From an uncultured archaeon (GTDB lineage Archaea; Asgardarchaeota; Thorarchaeia; Thorarchaeales; Thorarchaeaceae), in contig CAZVZC010000018.1 of assembly GCA_964631415.1 (NCBI GenBank), positions 1 to 36,533 of the forward strand: a stretch of 36,533 nt of DNA, read 5' to 3'. The position numbers and the translations under genes were made by a program. This document shows, one piece after another, positions 25,337 through 35,082 of this stretch. Numbering within the stretch: the first letter of the stretch is position 1; every line of letters begins with the position of its first letter. The notes beneath the pieces were generated by a model. It searched no databases. It was not told the DNA's origin and saw only the letters and a list, made by a program, of their open reading frames with translations.

Positions 25337-26194
25337 ATGTCAGGCAAGGAACTGAAACGCGGTGGAAACATCATATACAGGTTGCTCTCACAGGATCTTT
25401 ATGCCACTGGAATGCACGGCGACAAGGTGGGTTTCAGGCAAGACGAGCAGTGGCGTCTGAAGAGTCGCCAATTCACCCAAGACTCGGATATAGTAGGTAA
25501 GATTGAGGAGTCGAAGCTCAAGAAGGGGACCAAAGACCTCACGCCTAGAGAGAAGATTGGATTCATAACAATCCGCAATGCTCTATGGCGCGACGAAAAG
25601 GAGGAGCTGTCTCGGCGCTTAGTCATCAAGCTGTTCTCTAACAATGGGAACTGGCTTGCTTCGCTCGAGGAGATGGTTGCTGAGGAATACGCTCTCAGCT
25701 TTGTTTCTGAGGCTCCCTTGATGGTGTTCTCTGTTCTGACAAAGGAAACCGATGTAGTCACCTACATACGTCAAGGGAAGCGTGGCGCGCTTGCGACTGA
25801 GAGCTATTCGTTCTACGTCATTGGACCCCAAGGAAACTTCGAAGTGTTCAGGATTGAAGGGGCGCGTGTTTCTGCAGGAGACGACTTTAGTGTGCGTCTA
25901 CTGACCTACGATACTCCTGTCGCGAAAGTCGATAGCAAGTTCGGCGACATAGGGGGAGATTTCACCGTTTCGGTCAACGACGCAGTGCTCGCTGAGAACG
26001 AATGGTTCTGCAGGGTCTTGCAGTGTTTCGCCGTAGCCATCAAGTACAGAGATGAAATAAGAGCGCGGCTGGACAAAGGACTGAAGGCATGGGCTGCAGG
26101 GAAGGCTCATCCGACCCAGCACAGGCACGAGCTCAGTCTGTTAGCTAACCCTCGTAGACTGACATTAAAGGCGGATGAATTCGACGAGGTCTGA
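25337..26194 (+). CDS. LURP-one/tubby-C/scramblase-like beta-barrel protein
   Basis: Repeated beta-hairpin units FRIEGARVSAGDDFSV and VAKVDSKFGDIGGDFTVSV, followed by a hydrophobic helix FCRVLQCFAVAI. Confidence 0.55.
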   Translation: MSGKELKRGGNIIYRLLSQDLYATGMHGDKVGFRQDEQWRLKSRQFTQDSDIVGKIEESKLKKGTKDLTPREKIGFITIRNALWRDEKEELSRRLVIKLFSNNGNWLASLEEMVAEEYALSFVSEAPLMVFSVLTKETDVVTYIRQGKRGALATESYSFYVIGPQGNFEVFRIEGARVSAGDDFSVRLLTYDTPVAKVDSKFGDIGGDFTVSVNDAVLAENEWFCRVLQCFAVAIKYRDEIRARLDKGLKAWAAGKAHPTQHRHELSLLANPRRLTLKADEFDEV

Positions 26195-26374
26195 TCAAAG
26201 GGCTGAATTGGCGTCTATTCGACTGGGCCGTTGGCAGCCGAGTTGGTCAACTGCGGCTACCGACTGTTCCCCACATGGAATCAGAATCTCTCTTCGGAAT
26301 TATCGGGATTGCCGCTGCCCGCCTAAAAGGTTTTTACCTGATGCGTTGTGTTGAAACCAATGGAGGCTGCCTAA

Positions 26375-27766
26375 ATGCCAATACCATTGTTCGATGGTCT
26401 GAAAGTCTTCTTCAAAACCCGAAGGTATGTCGCATACCTAACAGTGTTTGTGGCAACGACATTCCTGGCGCTTTTTGTTTCATACATAATCACCAAATCT
26501 GTCGGTTCTCCCCTTGAGGAACCACTCGTGAACTTCTTTGTCTATGTAGGTGCAACTGGTGCCATCTACTTTGGAGTGGGAACTCTGCTAGCGCTTTTGA
26601 AACTCGACAGACTGTGGATAACGAGCAGAGGCCGAGGTCGGATCACCGAAATGAAAGGTCTCTCTTGGATGGCCGTATCCTTTGCTATTGCGGTCTTCAT
26701 ATCGATAGGCCTTGGCCGTACGGCATTGTACTTTTTCGCGGTCTTCGGTTGGCTGGGTTGGATAGCATTTCAAGCATATCTCTCTGCCAGGACCAGTCTG
26801 AGATTAGCAACAATCGCTGAGCCCAAGAAAGGTGGTGTGGTCATTGGGCTTGGCAGTTTCATCATTCTCTTGATTGGGATTGGACTGATTGCAGGCGAAG
26901 CTCTGGCGGCGTTGTGGTTGATACCAAGTGATTTCATGGGGATTGGCACGACTATCGTTGGTATCTTCCCGAATGCCCTGACCAATTTGGCTAACAACTT
27001 TCAGGGTCTGATTGTGGCATACCTCATGATGGGGCTGTTTGCGTTGGTGTCATTGCTCACGTTCTTCCGCTATGCCGCAAGAGGTGCGGCGCTGAACGTG
27101 GCACTACTGACCGCTTTCATCTCGCTCTACGCGGGCTATTTTCTAGTGAATGTGATGCGGAGGGAGGGTCCGCCGCAGATGAATGTGGTAGATATAGTGA
27201 TTTCAATATTCTTCCTTGCCTACGCAATGAGCGGTATCGGGAGAACAGTCACTGAGTCGGTCGAGGAATCACGTGCCAGACTCCGAGACTTAGGTCCACT
27301 TCTGACGTTCTTCTTGGCGAGCGGTTTCTTCTTCGTTGACAGCATCATTGTCATCTCGGCCACACCCGGCTCTATCATTGGACAATGGTTCAACAACGAT
27401 TGGGTATCAAATGCTGCGGGGACATACCTCTTCAAGGACATCGCAAAGCTTACCGCATTCCCACTAGGAGCGATCTTCGCGTCAATGTTCTATCTGAGGA
27501 GGCAAAGGGTAGAGAGGATTGTCGAGAAAGTCAAGGAATCTGGAGAAACCGTAGAGCCCGGAAAGGTAGACAAAGAGATAGCCGAACGCATGCCGGCGCC
27601 CGGTGAGGCGTGGCCCAGCGAGAGGGCAGAGGGCATAAAGAAGGGCAAGCCCGGATATGACCTGTCGACTCCTCCGCCGGGCAGGCTCTCCGTTGACAGC
27701 TCAAAGAGGCTCAAGCCTGGCAAGCGGCTTGGCGAGGAAGAAGAGGAAGAAGAGAAGAAGAAGTAG
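26375..27766 (+). CDS. Multi-pass membrane protein (~10-11 TM) with a charged cytoplasmic tail; function unknown
   Basis: GGAGG SD upstream; successive hydrophobic segments; tail ends EEEEEEEKKK. Confidence 0.85.
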   Translation: MPIPLFDGLKVFFKTRRYVAYLTVFVATTFLALFVSYIITKSVGSPLEEPLVNFFVYVGATGAIYFGVGTLLALLKLDRLWITSRGRGRITEMKGLSWMAVSFAIAVFISIGLGRTALYFFAVFGWLGWIAFQAYLSARTSLRLATIAEPKKGGVVIGLGSFIILLIGIGLIAGEALAALWLIPSDFMGIGTTIVGIFPNALTNLANNFQGLIVAYLMMGLFALVSLLTFFRYAARGAALNVALLTAFISLYAGYFLVNVMRREGPPQMNVVDIVISIFFLAYAMSGIGRTVTESVEESRARLRDLGPLLTFFLASGFFFVDSIIVISATPGSIIGQWFNNDWVSNAAGTYLFKDIAKLTAFPLGAIFASMFYLRRQRVERIVEKVKESGETVEPGKVDKEIAERMPAPGEAWPSERAEGIKKGKPGYDLSTPPPGRLSVDSSKRLKPGKRLGEEEEEEEKKK

Positions 27767-28019
27767 GAGACGCCTTGATCGCTGCATGGAATCCCTCGCC
27801 CCAAACCTCGCGTTGCGGGCAGTGGTCCATGCGGCGCTCCGCACGGGTTTCTTGAATCGCAATCATTATCAGACAGTGCAAGGCGTGAATGCGAAGCCGT
27901 ATTCGGACTGGGATCTAGCAAGGCTCCCGTGACAAGAGATCATAGGTCCCTGATGCAGCAATACGCAGACGACTGGCCAACGCCGGACAGGTGCAGTGAA
28001 GAGGCTCAGAAGGACATTG

Positions 28020-30770
28020 ATGGCATCCGATAGGCACAATCTCCCGAAGTATCGGCGCATGGGCAAGACCGCCATCTGTTTCCTGTTGGTGTCATCGCTT
28101 AGTGCGGGTTTTTCAATCTACGTCGACTCGATGTCCATAGCTGAATGGAATAGCCAAACGCAAGTCGGACCTGTAGCCATGATCGTCCAAGGGCACGTTG
28201 ACAATGGAACAGCAGATGAGATGCGTGGTCTTTCTTACGTGACGAGGGCCGCACGCTTGGATACTTCGTATGCTATCATTCGAAGGGACTTCCTTCCCGG
28301 TTGGGATCCTGAATGGGAAGACGAGATGTGGCATCTCAAGGGGACTGTGTTAGGCCTTGCTGTGGACTACGAAGATGTGTTCCCTGACGTATTCCAGATA
28401 TTAGAAGGCGTTCTTCCGTCAAACAGCAGCCAGATTGCCTTGCCACTGGATGTGGCTGACCCAGCCCTGATAAGTATCGGGCAGAAAATCACATATGGTC
28501 CCAGTCTGAGTGAGGAGCGGCTGACTTTGGACGTTGTGGGGATCTACAACACAACAACTCCGGCCGCCCTCGACTACTTCTTCGATGGTATTGCGATAGT
28601 CGTACCCGAGTTGCTGCCAGATGATAAGAGGAGCGCACGGGTTGACGTAGACGTAGACAGGAGTCATCTCACGGTCAGTGACCCCTCCGGCACACTGAGC
28701 TACCTTGTGAACATCGAGGGCAACGTACTTGCATTTCAATCGGAACAGGGAGGGCAGGAGCCAGAGCGGAAGTACGTAGTCAGCAATTTCCTGGCCGCAA
28801 GGATTCGGAACTACATGAGCTCACTAAGTGAAACAAGGATTCTGCAGCTGACGAGGGCACAAGGTATCATTGTCGTTGCGGTGCTCATTGTCTACATTGG
28901 GGTCAGACATAACCTGTCTGAATGGAGAACAGAAGTCGTGATGCTGTCCGTGAGGGGTGCATCGCGATTGCGCTTGGACAAATACGTTCTCACAGAGCTC
29001 TTAGGGCTCTCTCTGCTCCTTGCTCCGGTTGGACTCTGTTTGGGAATTCTCGCCAGCAGGATACCGATGAGCTCTATTGGCTTCCTTGAGTTTGATGCCA
29101 ATCTACTTTACACGCAACCTGTTCTTCTGACTGTGGACACTGCCAAGTTCGTCCTAATCACTCAAATGCTTCTGCCTTTCCTTGCATACCTTTTGGCCCG
29201 CAAGACCCTGGAACCGCCAAAGGAACCTGAAGAGCAGGTGAAAGGCGGGATTGCGAAAGCCACTAGGGCGCTTGGTCATGTGCGCTGGGACATGTCCGTG
29301 TTGGTTCTTTGTCTGGTACTTCTCTCAGCATACTATCTTGGAGGTACAGCGGCTCGAGATGATCCTCTCATCTCTCTTGTTCCTATCTTCGTTCCAGTTC
29401 CTCTTCTTGCAGGTATCGCTAGCTTGGCAGCGAGATCTCTGAGCCTAGCAGCGACACCGATATCGAGGGCGATGTCTGCTGCTGGTGGCTTCGCTGCTTC
29501 TATTGGCGTGAGACGGATTGGCAGAAATGGCGGACTGTCAGGTCCGGCAATGCTGGTCTTGGTGCTGGCTGTTTGTGTGTCCTTAAGCAGCGGATTCGTA
29601 GCAGCGAGTGTGCCGCAGACAGAGCTAAATGATATGAGATTCCTCATTGGCGGTGACATAGCATTTCATCTATCTGAAGATTACACTACTCAGTGGTCTG
29701 CATTTATCGAGAGCATCGACAACCACAGTAGTGTGCTCGTTGGCTGCTATGCGTTGGTTGGCAGTTCGTATCTTATGGAGGGCAGCCAAGGCAAGGTGAA
29801 GTTCATCGCGATAGACCCAGAGGAGTACCGTGGGGTTGGATATGATTATCTTGGCGTTGAGTTGACGAGTTCATTCATGGGTAGCCTGATGGATGCACTC
29901 GAGTCGAGCCCTGGGGGGGCAATTGTGACCAATGACATTGCACAGGAATACGAACTCACACTAGGTGATAAGTTCCGCTTGTCTTCTCTTGCTGGCGATG
30001 AGGCTGTTGAGTTCAACGTGCTCGGAGTGTCAACAGCTTTGTCTGAACCCACGACATCCTTGAGTGCTGTATCGCGGGCTGAGATCGTTGGCAGCCGGAA
30101 GGTCTGGCTTAATCTCGACTATCTAAGAAGCGAGCTGAACGTCACTGCTTCCACTGAGACCTTCTACTGCGTGAGGACTGCAATTGGCTGTAACGGTGAG
30201 AAACTAGTAGGAGAGATTCTCGGTGTATGGGGAAATGAGATACTCAGCAAGGGAGAATGGGCTGCAGTCAGCAGAGAACTCGGAATTGTAACTAGCCGAG
30301 AAGACTATCAAATGGACCGAGCAGCCGACAACTTGGCTGTAGTGGCTCTTGCATTCGCTGTCCCATTGGCCTTCTCAATCTCTGCGCTTGAGGAAGCCGG
30401 CATTTCTAGGAGAGAGAATGCACTACTGAGGTCTCTGGGCGCGAACCGTTCTGACACATTCAAGACACAAGTGGCTCACACATTGGGCCTCCTTGTCTTC
30501 AGCGTTGCGATGATTCTCGTGTATGATCCACTGTTCAGTCTCGTTTCGCTTGAAACCTCCCTTCGTCAGTATGGGCTTCAGGCTTTGATGTACCCAGTAG
30601 CTGTCTTTCCAGCGTTTCCCTTCATCCTTCTACTCCCTCTCTTTGGTCTGTTCCTGCTTCTTGCATTGTCCTCCTGTTTCTTGACTGTAGGATTGTCATA
30701 CGAAACTGGTGTGGCCGGAGCCCTCGAGGCATCAAGGACGAAATCCAATCATTCTGAGGTGATGCCCTGA
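28020..30770 (+). CDS. FtsX/MacB-like ABC transporter permease (duplicated extracellular domain + TM block)
   Basis: EVVMLSVRGAS and RRENALLRSLGA are FtsX-type motifs; GGDIAF; two large extracellular domains. The start is uncertain (27996, 28020 or 28059). Confidence 0.85.
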   Translation: MASDRHNLPKYRRMGKTAICFLLVSSLSAGFSIYVDSMSIAEWNSQTQVGPVAMIVQGHVDNGTADEMRGLSYVTRAARLDTSYAIIRRDFLPGWDPEWEDEMWHLKGTVLGLAVDYEDVFPDVFQILEGVLPSNSSQIALPLDVADPALISIGQKITYGPSLSEERLTLDVVGIYNTTTPAALDYFFDGIAIVVPELLPDDKRSARVDVDVDRSHLTVSDPSGTLSYLVNIEGNVLAFQSEQGGQEPERKYVVSNFLAARIRNYMSSLSETRILQLTRAQGIIVVAVLIVYIGVRHNLSEWRTEVVMLSVRGASRLRLDKYVLTELLGLSLLLAPVGLCLGILASRIPMSSIGFLEFDANLLYTQPVLLTVDTAKFVLITQMLLPFLAYLLARKTLEPPKEPEEQVKGGIAKATRALGHVRWDMSVLVLCLVLLSAYYLGGTAARDDPLISLVPIFVPVPLLAGIASLAARSLSLAATPISRAMSAAGGFAASIGVRRIGRNGGLSGPAMLVLVLAVCVSLSSGFVAASVPQTELNDMRFLIGGDIAFHLSEDYTTQWSAFIESIDNHSSVLVGCYALVGSSYLMEGSQGKVKFIAIDPEEYRGVGYDYLGVELTSSFMGSLMDALESSPGGAIVTNDIAQEYELTLGDKFRLSSLAGDEAVEFNVLGVSTALSEPTTSLSAVSRAEIVGSRKVWLNLDYLRSELNVTASTETFYCVRTAIGCNGEKLVGEILGVWGNEILSKGEWAAVSRELGIVTSREDYQMDRAADNLAVVALAFAVPLAFSISALEEAGISRRENALLRSLGANRSDTFKTQVAHTLGLLVFSVAMILVYDPLFSLVSLETSLRQYGLQALMYPVAVFPAFPFILLLPLFGLFLLLALSSCFLTVGLSYETGVAGALEASRTKSNHSEVMP

Positions 30771-33599
30771 ATGTTCCTGTCGAGCCGCGTGGTTTCACAG
30801 GCGCCCGAGGTTCTTGTGACCCTGTTGGTCTTCTCACTGGCCTCTGGAGTGTTTGGCGGCGTGTTGTTCTACGTCGACAGTGCGGCACCAGATGTCATGC
30901 GGGAGATGTCACTCAAGGCGAAGATCGACATGGAGGTTCAGTTTCATCAGAGCTTCTATACTCAGAGTCAGCTGCTTATGGACGAAGTCAACGATCTTGT
31001 AAGGACTCAAGACGGGGTTCTGGCATCGGAGTCTGTGGCGCTGATTCTGGCCTATGATTGGGGAATCTCCAACCCCAGGTACAGATCAAGTATGTGCCTT
31101 GGAGTGAATGAGGATTTCTTCACGGTATTCTATGACGCTGTGCATGTATCAGGGGGCAGTCTCCCCCTTAGCACTGGGGGCTGCTATGTCGAAGAGAAGA
31201 GGTTTCTCGCCGAGGAACTGAATATTGGTGACAACTACACGTTCAGCGTGCCGATCTACAGAGTCTACACACCCTCCGTTCATCGTGTCAATTACACGTT
31301 CGAGATTCTAGGCTCCTTTGGATCCGAGATATGGAGTTCGAGTTCGTCCGATGATGTTTCTGCATTCCCGCTTCCGTCCGTGATTACTACCGAGCAAGGA
31401 GTCAAGAACAAGAGCGCAGAGGTGGGCTACGTAGGGGAGAACTCGATAGAAGAGCGCATATGGGTCAAGTTCGATATCGAGAGTTTCGTGGGACAGGAGC
31501 CCAACGAAGTACTTTCATCACTTATGGCCGTCGAGCGGCGGATAGAGCAGGAAACTCTGCCATATGTCGCTGTTAGTGAATTCAGACTGCTGAGTTCCAT
31601 GAGTGACTACTCGGCTTGGTTGTCAAGCATCAGAGTGATCACCCTTGCCTTCTCTGTCCCCAGTATTGTCATGGGAATCATGCTGATACAGTACAACTCA
31701 AGCTTGCTTGCTTCGCAATGGCGAGGTGAGGTGGGCACGCTGAAGACCAGAGGTGCTTCAGGTCGTCAAGCCTTCAACTGGATCATGAGCTTCTCTGCCC
31801 TAATCGGAGTAATCGGCAGTCTGGGAGCAATCGCCACCGGGGGCCTAGCCGCTCTCGTATCAGGGGCATCAGAGGACATAATGGTCTTCAACTTGACCTT
31901 GCTTAATGACTTTGAGCTTGTTCTGTGGCCGCGTTCAGTCGCAGCACTATTCCTGTTCTCGTTCGCTATAGGCTTGGCTGTGGCGGTCCCGACAGCTGTT
32001 CGGGCTTTTCTTCTGCTTCCTGTCGATGCGCACAGTGTTGTTGAGAGAGAGTCAAAGAAGGAAGATCATGCAGGAAACCCAGTTGCTCAAGCTGGAGGTG
32101 CGGCGCTGTCTGGAGTTCTCGTGATTCCGCTACTTGGAATCTTGGGGTCGCGGATTCTTGACCCAACAGGTTTGATGCTCTACACCGTGATGGTGGTCGG
32201 GGTTCTTGCTACGTTCATTGTGGGATTCACTCTTCTTCTGTGCCGTCCCGCCGCCTCATTGAAAGCTAGGATTCTGTTGCGTGCCCGGCGCTCCAATCCG
32301 GGGGTTGGGATTCTTCTGATGGCGAGAACCGCCTTGGCTTCGAAACGCAGTGAGGCGCTAGGTGTGATGTTTATTGCATTGGTATTCACGTCAAGCGTGT
32401 TCTCTTCGGTCGCGGCAACGACAGCGACCAATCACGTCAAAGAGCTGTTCCTTTTCAGATATGGTGCAGACGTCGTGGTTGACATCAAGCCCTCATCAAG
32501 TGAGGTTGGTCTGAGTTTCGTTGATGAAATCATGCATGTCCCGGGCGTGGCTAAAGCAAGTGGAATGCTCGAAGTATACGCGACAGTCGGCTTCTGGAAG
32601 GAGTGGGCAGGCATCAAGGCTCTCTCGAGCATTTCCATGACACTGTACGGCATTCAACCCCGGGAATGGCTCGAGTCTGCCTTTGTGCTGCCCTACTTCA
32701 CTCTCTACCATCCCCCAGCCGATTCAATAGGCCGGCTGTCTGAGGATAACAGTAGCGTTGTTGCGAGCTTCATGCCGGTCTTGCGCGATGATGTTGATGC
32801 TTTAGGCAATCCGGCTCCCGTGTATTCTGATCAGATAACTCTGGAGGTTTATGGGCAGACCGGTCCAATCAGGTCCAATCGCACAATCATCGACGTAATG
32901 GCTGACGGCCCAGAGGGAGCTGGCAGAGCACAGACCTACTACCCTGGCGAATCAGGTGCCAGCGATTTCGTAGTGATTGACCTTAGCTATCTACACTCAT
33001 GCCTGAACTCCACAAGGCTCAGCAGGATCTATGTTCGGCTGCAACCGGGGGCAGACTACTCTGCGGTCATGCAGGGTATCTACTCGATTAGTCCTGACAA
33101 TATCGGGCGCATTCAGTCCCCATATAGCGATGTACAAGAAGTACTACAGTCACGGACTGGCCAGTCGGTGAATGGGACATACGCGCTCAATCTGGTGTTC
33201 TCCTTCCTGTATCTGGCTGCTGGGACTTGTCTTGTTGTCACTGCAAAGGCAAGGAACATGCGAAGATACTTCTCGCTTCTTAGAGCTCTCGGCACAAATC
33301 AGAAGGCAATCGAAATCTCCGTGCTTGCGGATACTTTGACAGGCATGGCCATGGGACTTGCTGTCGGCTGTATCTTTGGGCTTGTTGTTGCAGTGCTCAT
33401 GCTGAATGTGCCGCTGAGCTATCTCGGTGCAGTAACCTCCGTCTCATGGAAAGGGCTTCCGATGACCATAGTGCTTCCCTTCCAGCTTCTTGCAGGAATA
33501 GTAGCCGTTGCTTTTCTGTTCTCTTTGTTGTCAGCGTACTTGGTCACTCAGAGAAGCTTGACATACAACATTGCTGACGACCTGAAACTCAGGGAGTAG
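30771..33599 (+). CDS. FtsX/MacB-like ABC transporter permease, paralog of the preceding gene
   Basis: EVGTLKTRGAS and FSLLRALGT; YGADVVV. ATG abuts the upstream TGA and has a GAGGTGA SD. Confidence 0.88.
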   Translation: MFLSSRVVSQAPEVLVTLLVFSLASGVFGGVLFYVDSAAPDVMREMSLKAKIDMEVQFHQSFYTQSQLLMDEVNDLVRTQDGVLASESVALILAYDWGISNPRYRSSMCLGVNEDFFTVFYDAVHVSGGSLPLSTGGCYVEEKRFLAEELNIGDNYTFSVPIYRVYTPSVHRVNYTFEILGSFGSEIWSSSSSDDVSAFPLPSVITTEQGVKNKSAEVGYVGENSIEERIWVKFDIESFVGQEPNEVLSSLMAVERRIEQETLPYVAVSEFRLLSSMSDYSAWLSSIRVITLAFSVPSIVMGIMLIQYNSSLLASQWRGEVGTLKTRGASGRQAFNWIMSFSALIGVIGSLGAIATGGLAALVSGASEDIMVFNLTLLNDFELVLWPRSVAALFLFSFAIGLAVAVPTAVRAFLLLPVDAHSVVERESKKEDHAGNPVAQAGGAALSGVLVIPLLGILGSRILDPTGLMLYTVMVVGVLATFIVGFTLLLCRPAASLKARILLRARRSNPGVGILLMARTALASKRSEALGVMFIALVFTSSVFSSVAATTATNHVKELFLFRYGADVVVDIKPSSSEVGLSFVDEIMHVPGVAKASGMLEVYATVGFWKEWAGIKALSSISMTLYGIQPREWLESAFVLPYFTLYHPPADSIGRLSEDNSSVVASFMPVLRDDVDALGNPAPVYSDQITLEVYGQTGPIRSNRTIIDVMADGPEGAGRAQTYYPGESGASDFVVIDLSYLHSCLNSTRLSRIYVRLQPGADYSAVMQGIYSISPDNIGRIQSPYSDVQEVLQSRTGQSVNGTYALNLVFSFLYLAAGTCLVVTAKARNMRRYFSLLRALGTNQKAIEISVLADTLTGMAMGLAVGCIFGLVVAVLMLNVPLSYLGAVTSVSWKGLPMTIVLPFQLLAGIVAVAFLFSLLSAYLVTQRSLTYNIADDLKLRE

Positions 33600-33669
33600 G
33601 TAGGTGAAGCCAAATAGACGTCTCTACAGGGCGCCTGAAAAACAGTAGCCGTCGAACATGCGACCCTGT

Positions 33670-33816
33670 TCAGAGAAGCATCGCAGTCATCACGGCAACA
33701 ACGATCAGGAAGGTTGCCACTGAGCAATTTACACAGGCACCCTCTTGAATCTCCTTCTTGTCTCTCGGGGTGAGCTTCTGAGACTCGGATACTTCCTCCT
33801 TCTTCTTGCGTGGCAT
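33670..33816 (-). CDS. 48-aa tail-anchored microprotein with CxxC (not in the ORF track)
   Basis: MPRKKKEEVSESQKLTPRDKKEIQEGACVNCSVATFLIVVAVMTAMLL*. GGAGG SD 7 nt upstream (33824-33828); TTTAATATA TATA box at 33855-33863 (minus strand). Confidence 0.75.
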   Translation of the reverse strand: MPRKKKEEVSESQKLTPRDKKEIQEGACVNCSVATFLIVVAVMTAMLL

Positions 33817-33884
33817 GCTGTGTCCTCCGGACTAATCCCAATGAGCGCACAGAGTATATTAAAGTAACCTGCTAGTGTTGAGCA

Positions 33885-34400
33885 CTACTGAGGGCTGCGT
33901 GTTCGATGGCTTCCTAGGGCCTTTTCCAGTTCAATCTCGTCAAGGATTGGGATATCGGCGAATCCCTTCATGGGTATCTCAGGTTTGAGTCTTCTCGACT
34001 TCCGGATTGCTCCTAGGTGCAGGGCTGCAATCCTGAAGCCCCTCTTTTGGTAGAAACGTAACGCGTCAGTGTTGTCATTCGTTGTTATCAACCATAGCCT
34101 TCTGCACCCCATGGAGGAAGCCTCACGTTCCACCGCAGAAAGAAGAGCTTTGCCGATGCCTTCGTTCTCGACCAGACTATTCAGGCTCACTATCTGGCAT
34201 TCTCTCTTCTCTGCTCTGTAGGTCACAAGACCAGCTCTGCTACCGTCGACGACTGCCAAGAACGCGGGGAGCTTAGTGGCGTCATGGCTCTTGCCACGCG
34301 TAACAATCTGTACAGATGCCCACTTGGTCCTGAGGAGCTCGGATATCCAGTCGTTGTCCGCATATTCCTTCGTACGTATCAGGATTTCAGCCATCTTCAT
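33885..34400 (-). CDS. GNAT family N-acetyltransferase
   Basis: Motif A NSLVENEGIGKALL and WLITTNDNTDALRFYQKRGF. The start may be 34421, 34400 or 34394. Confidence 0.9.
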   Translation of the reverse strand: MKMAEILIRTKEYADNDWISELLRTKWASVQIVTRGKSHDATKLPAFLAVVDGSRAGLVTYRAEKRECQIVSLNSLVENEGIGKALLSAVEREASSMGCRRLWLITTNDNTDALRFYQKRGFRIAALHLGAIRKSRRLKPEIPMKGFADIPILDEIELEKALGSHRTRSPQ

Positions 34401-34563
34401 CCGCGCCTTTGTCCTGTTCATAGGTGAAGCTCGACAGGTGCATCTGTCGACTGTGTTATGTTGTTCCTTTCCAGCTCAAAGGCCTACAAAGGCAGTTTAA
34501 CATTTCCATGTCCAAATACTTTATGTCTGATTGGGCTATCTGTTTGTTAACGTCGCGTGAGCG

Positions 34564-35082
34564 GTGGTCCGTGTGGTATACAACTATGCTGAAATTTCGA
34601 TTCGTCGTGCAGATCTCTGCGAAACCGCAATTGTAAGGTCCATTGTGCAAGAAGCTTACGGGGGCGTGAAGAAGCAGCTGGGAGGAGACCCCCCTGTGCT
34701 TCAAGAGGGCTTGGACAAGATATCACGACACATTCAGATGGGGAATGTGTATGTTGCTCTGATTGGCGATGCTATCGTGGGCACGATGAGAGTTCAGCTC
34801 CAGGGTCAGGTGGGGACGATAAGCCGAGTTGCGGTTCGTGAGAAGTTCAGGAACCGCCGCATAGGCACGTTTCTGGTTGAGTACGGCGAGAACCTGTTGA
34901 CACATATGGGCGCAAAGAGTGTCCAGCTTGAGGTGTCAGGCACAACAGACACACAGGCGAAGTTCTATGAAGGCATTGGTTACAAGCAGACGAAGCGAGT
35001 CCGACACGCAGGTGAGGACATCATTTTCATGCAGAAGGATCTCTGCGAAGCCCCCGAATCAGAGGAAGAGGAAGACCTCTAG
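34564..35082 (+). CDS. GNAT family N-acetyltransferase
   Basis: ISRVAVREKFRNRRIGTFL (motif A) and AKFYEGIGY; acidic tail. Confidence 0.88.
   Translation: MVRVVYNYAEISIRRADLCETAIVRSIVQEAYGGVKKQLGGDPPVLQEGLDKISRHIQMGNVYVALIGDAIVGTMRVQLQGQVGTISRVAVREKFRNRRIGTFLVEYGENLLTHMGAKSVQLEVSGTTDTQAKFYEGIGYKQTKRVRHAGEDIIFMQKDLCEAPESEEEEDL

Noticed and set aside
27734-27766. Purine-only GAA/GAG run
   Set aside because: It simply encodes the EEEEEEEKKK tail of the membrane protein.
27894-27912. AAGCCGTATTCGG resembles the start of group II intron domain V
   Set aside because: The complementary 3' half (CGTACGGTT-like) and domain VI are absent.
33548-33850. 100-aa minus-strand ORF from the track
   Set aside because: It lacks a good SD and starts too close to the TATA box. 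The overlapping 48-aa ORF in another frame has an SD, a promoter and coherent composition.
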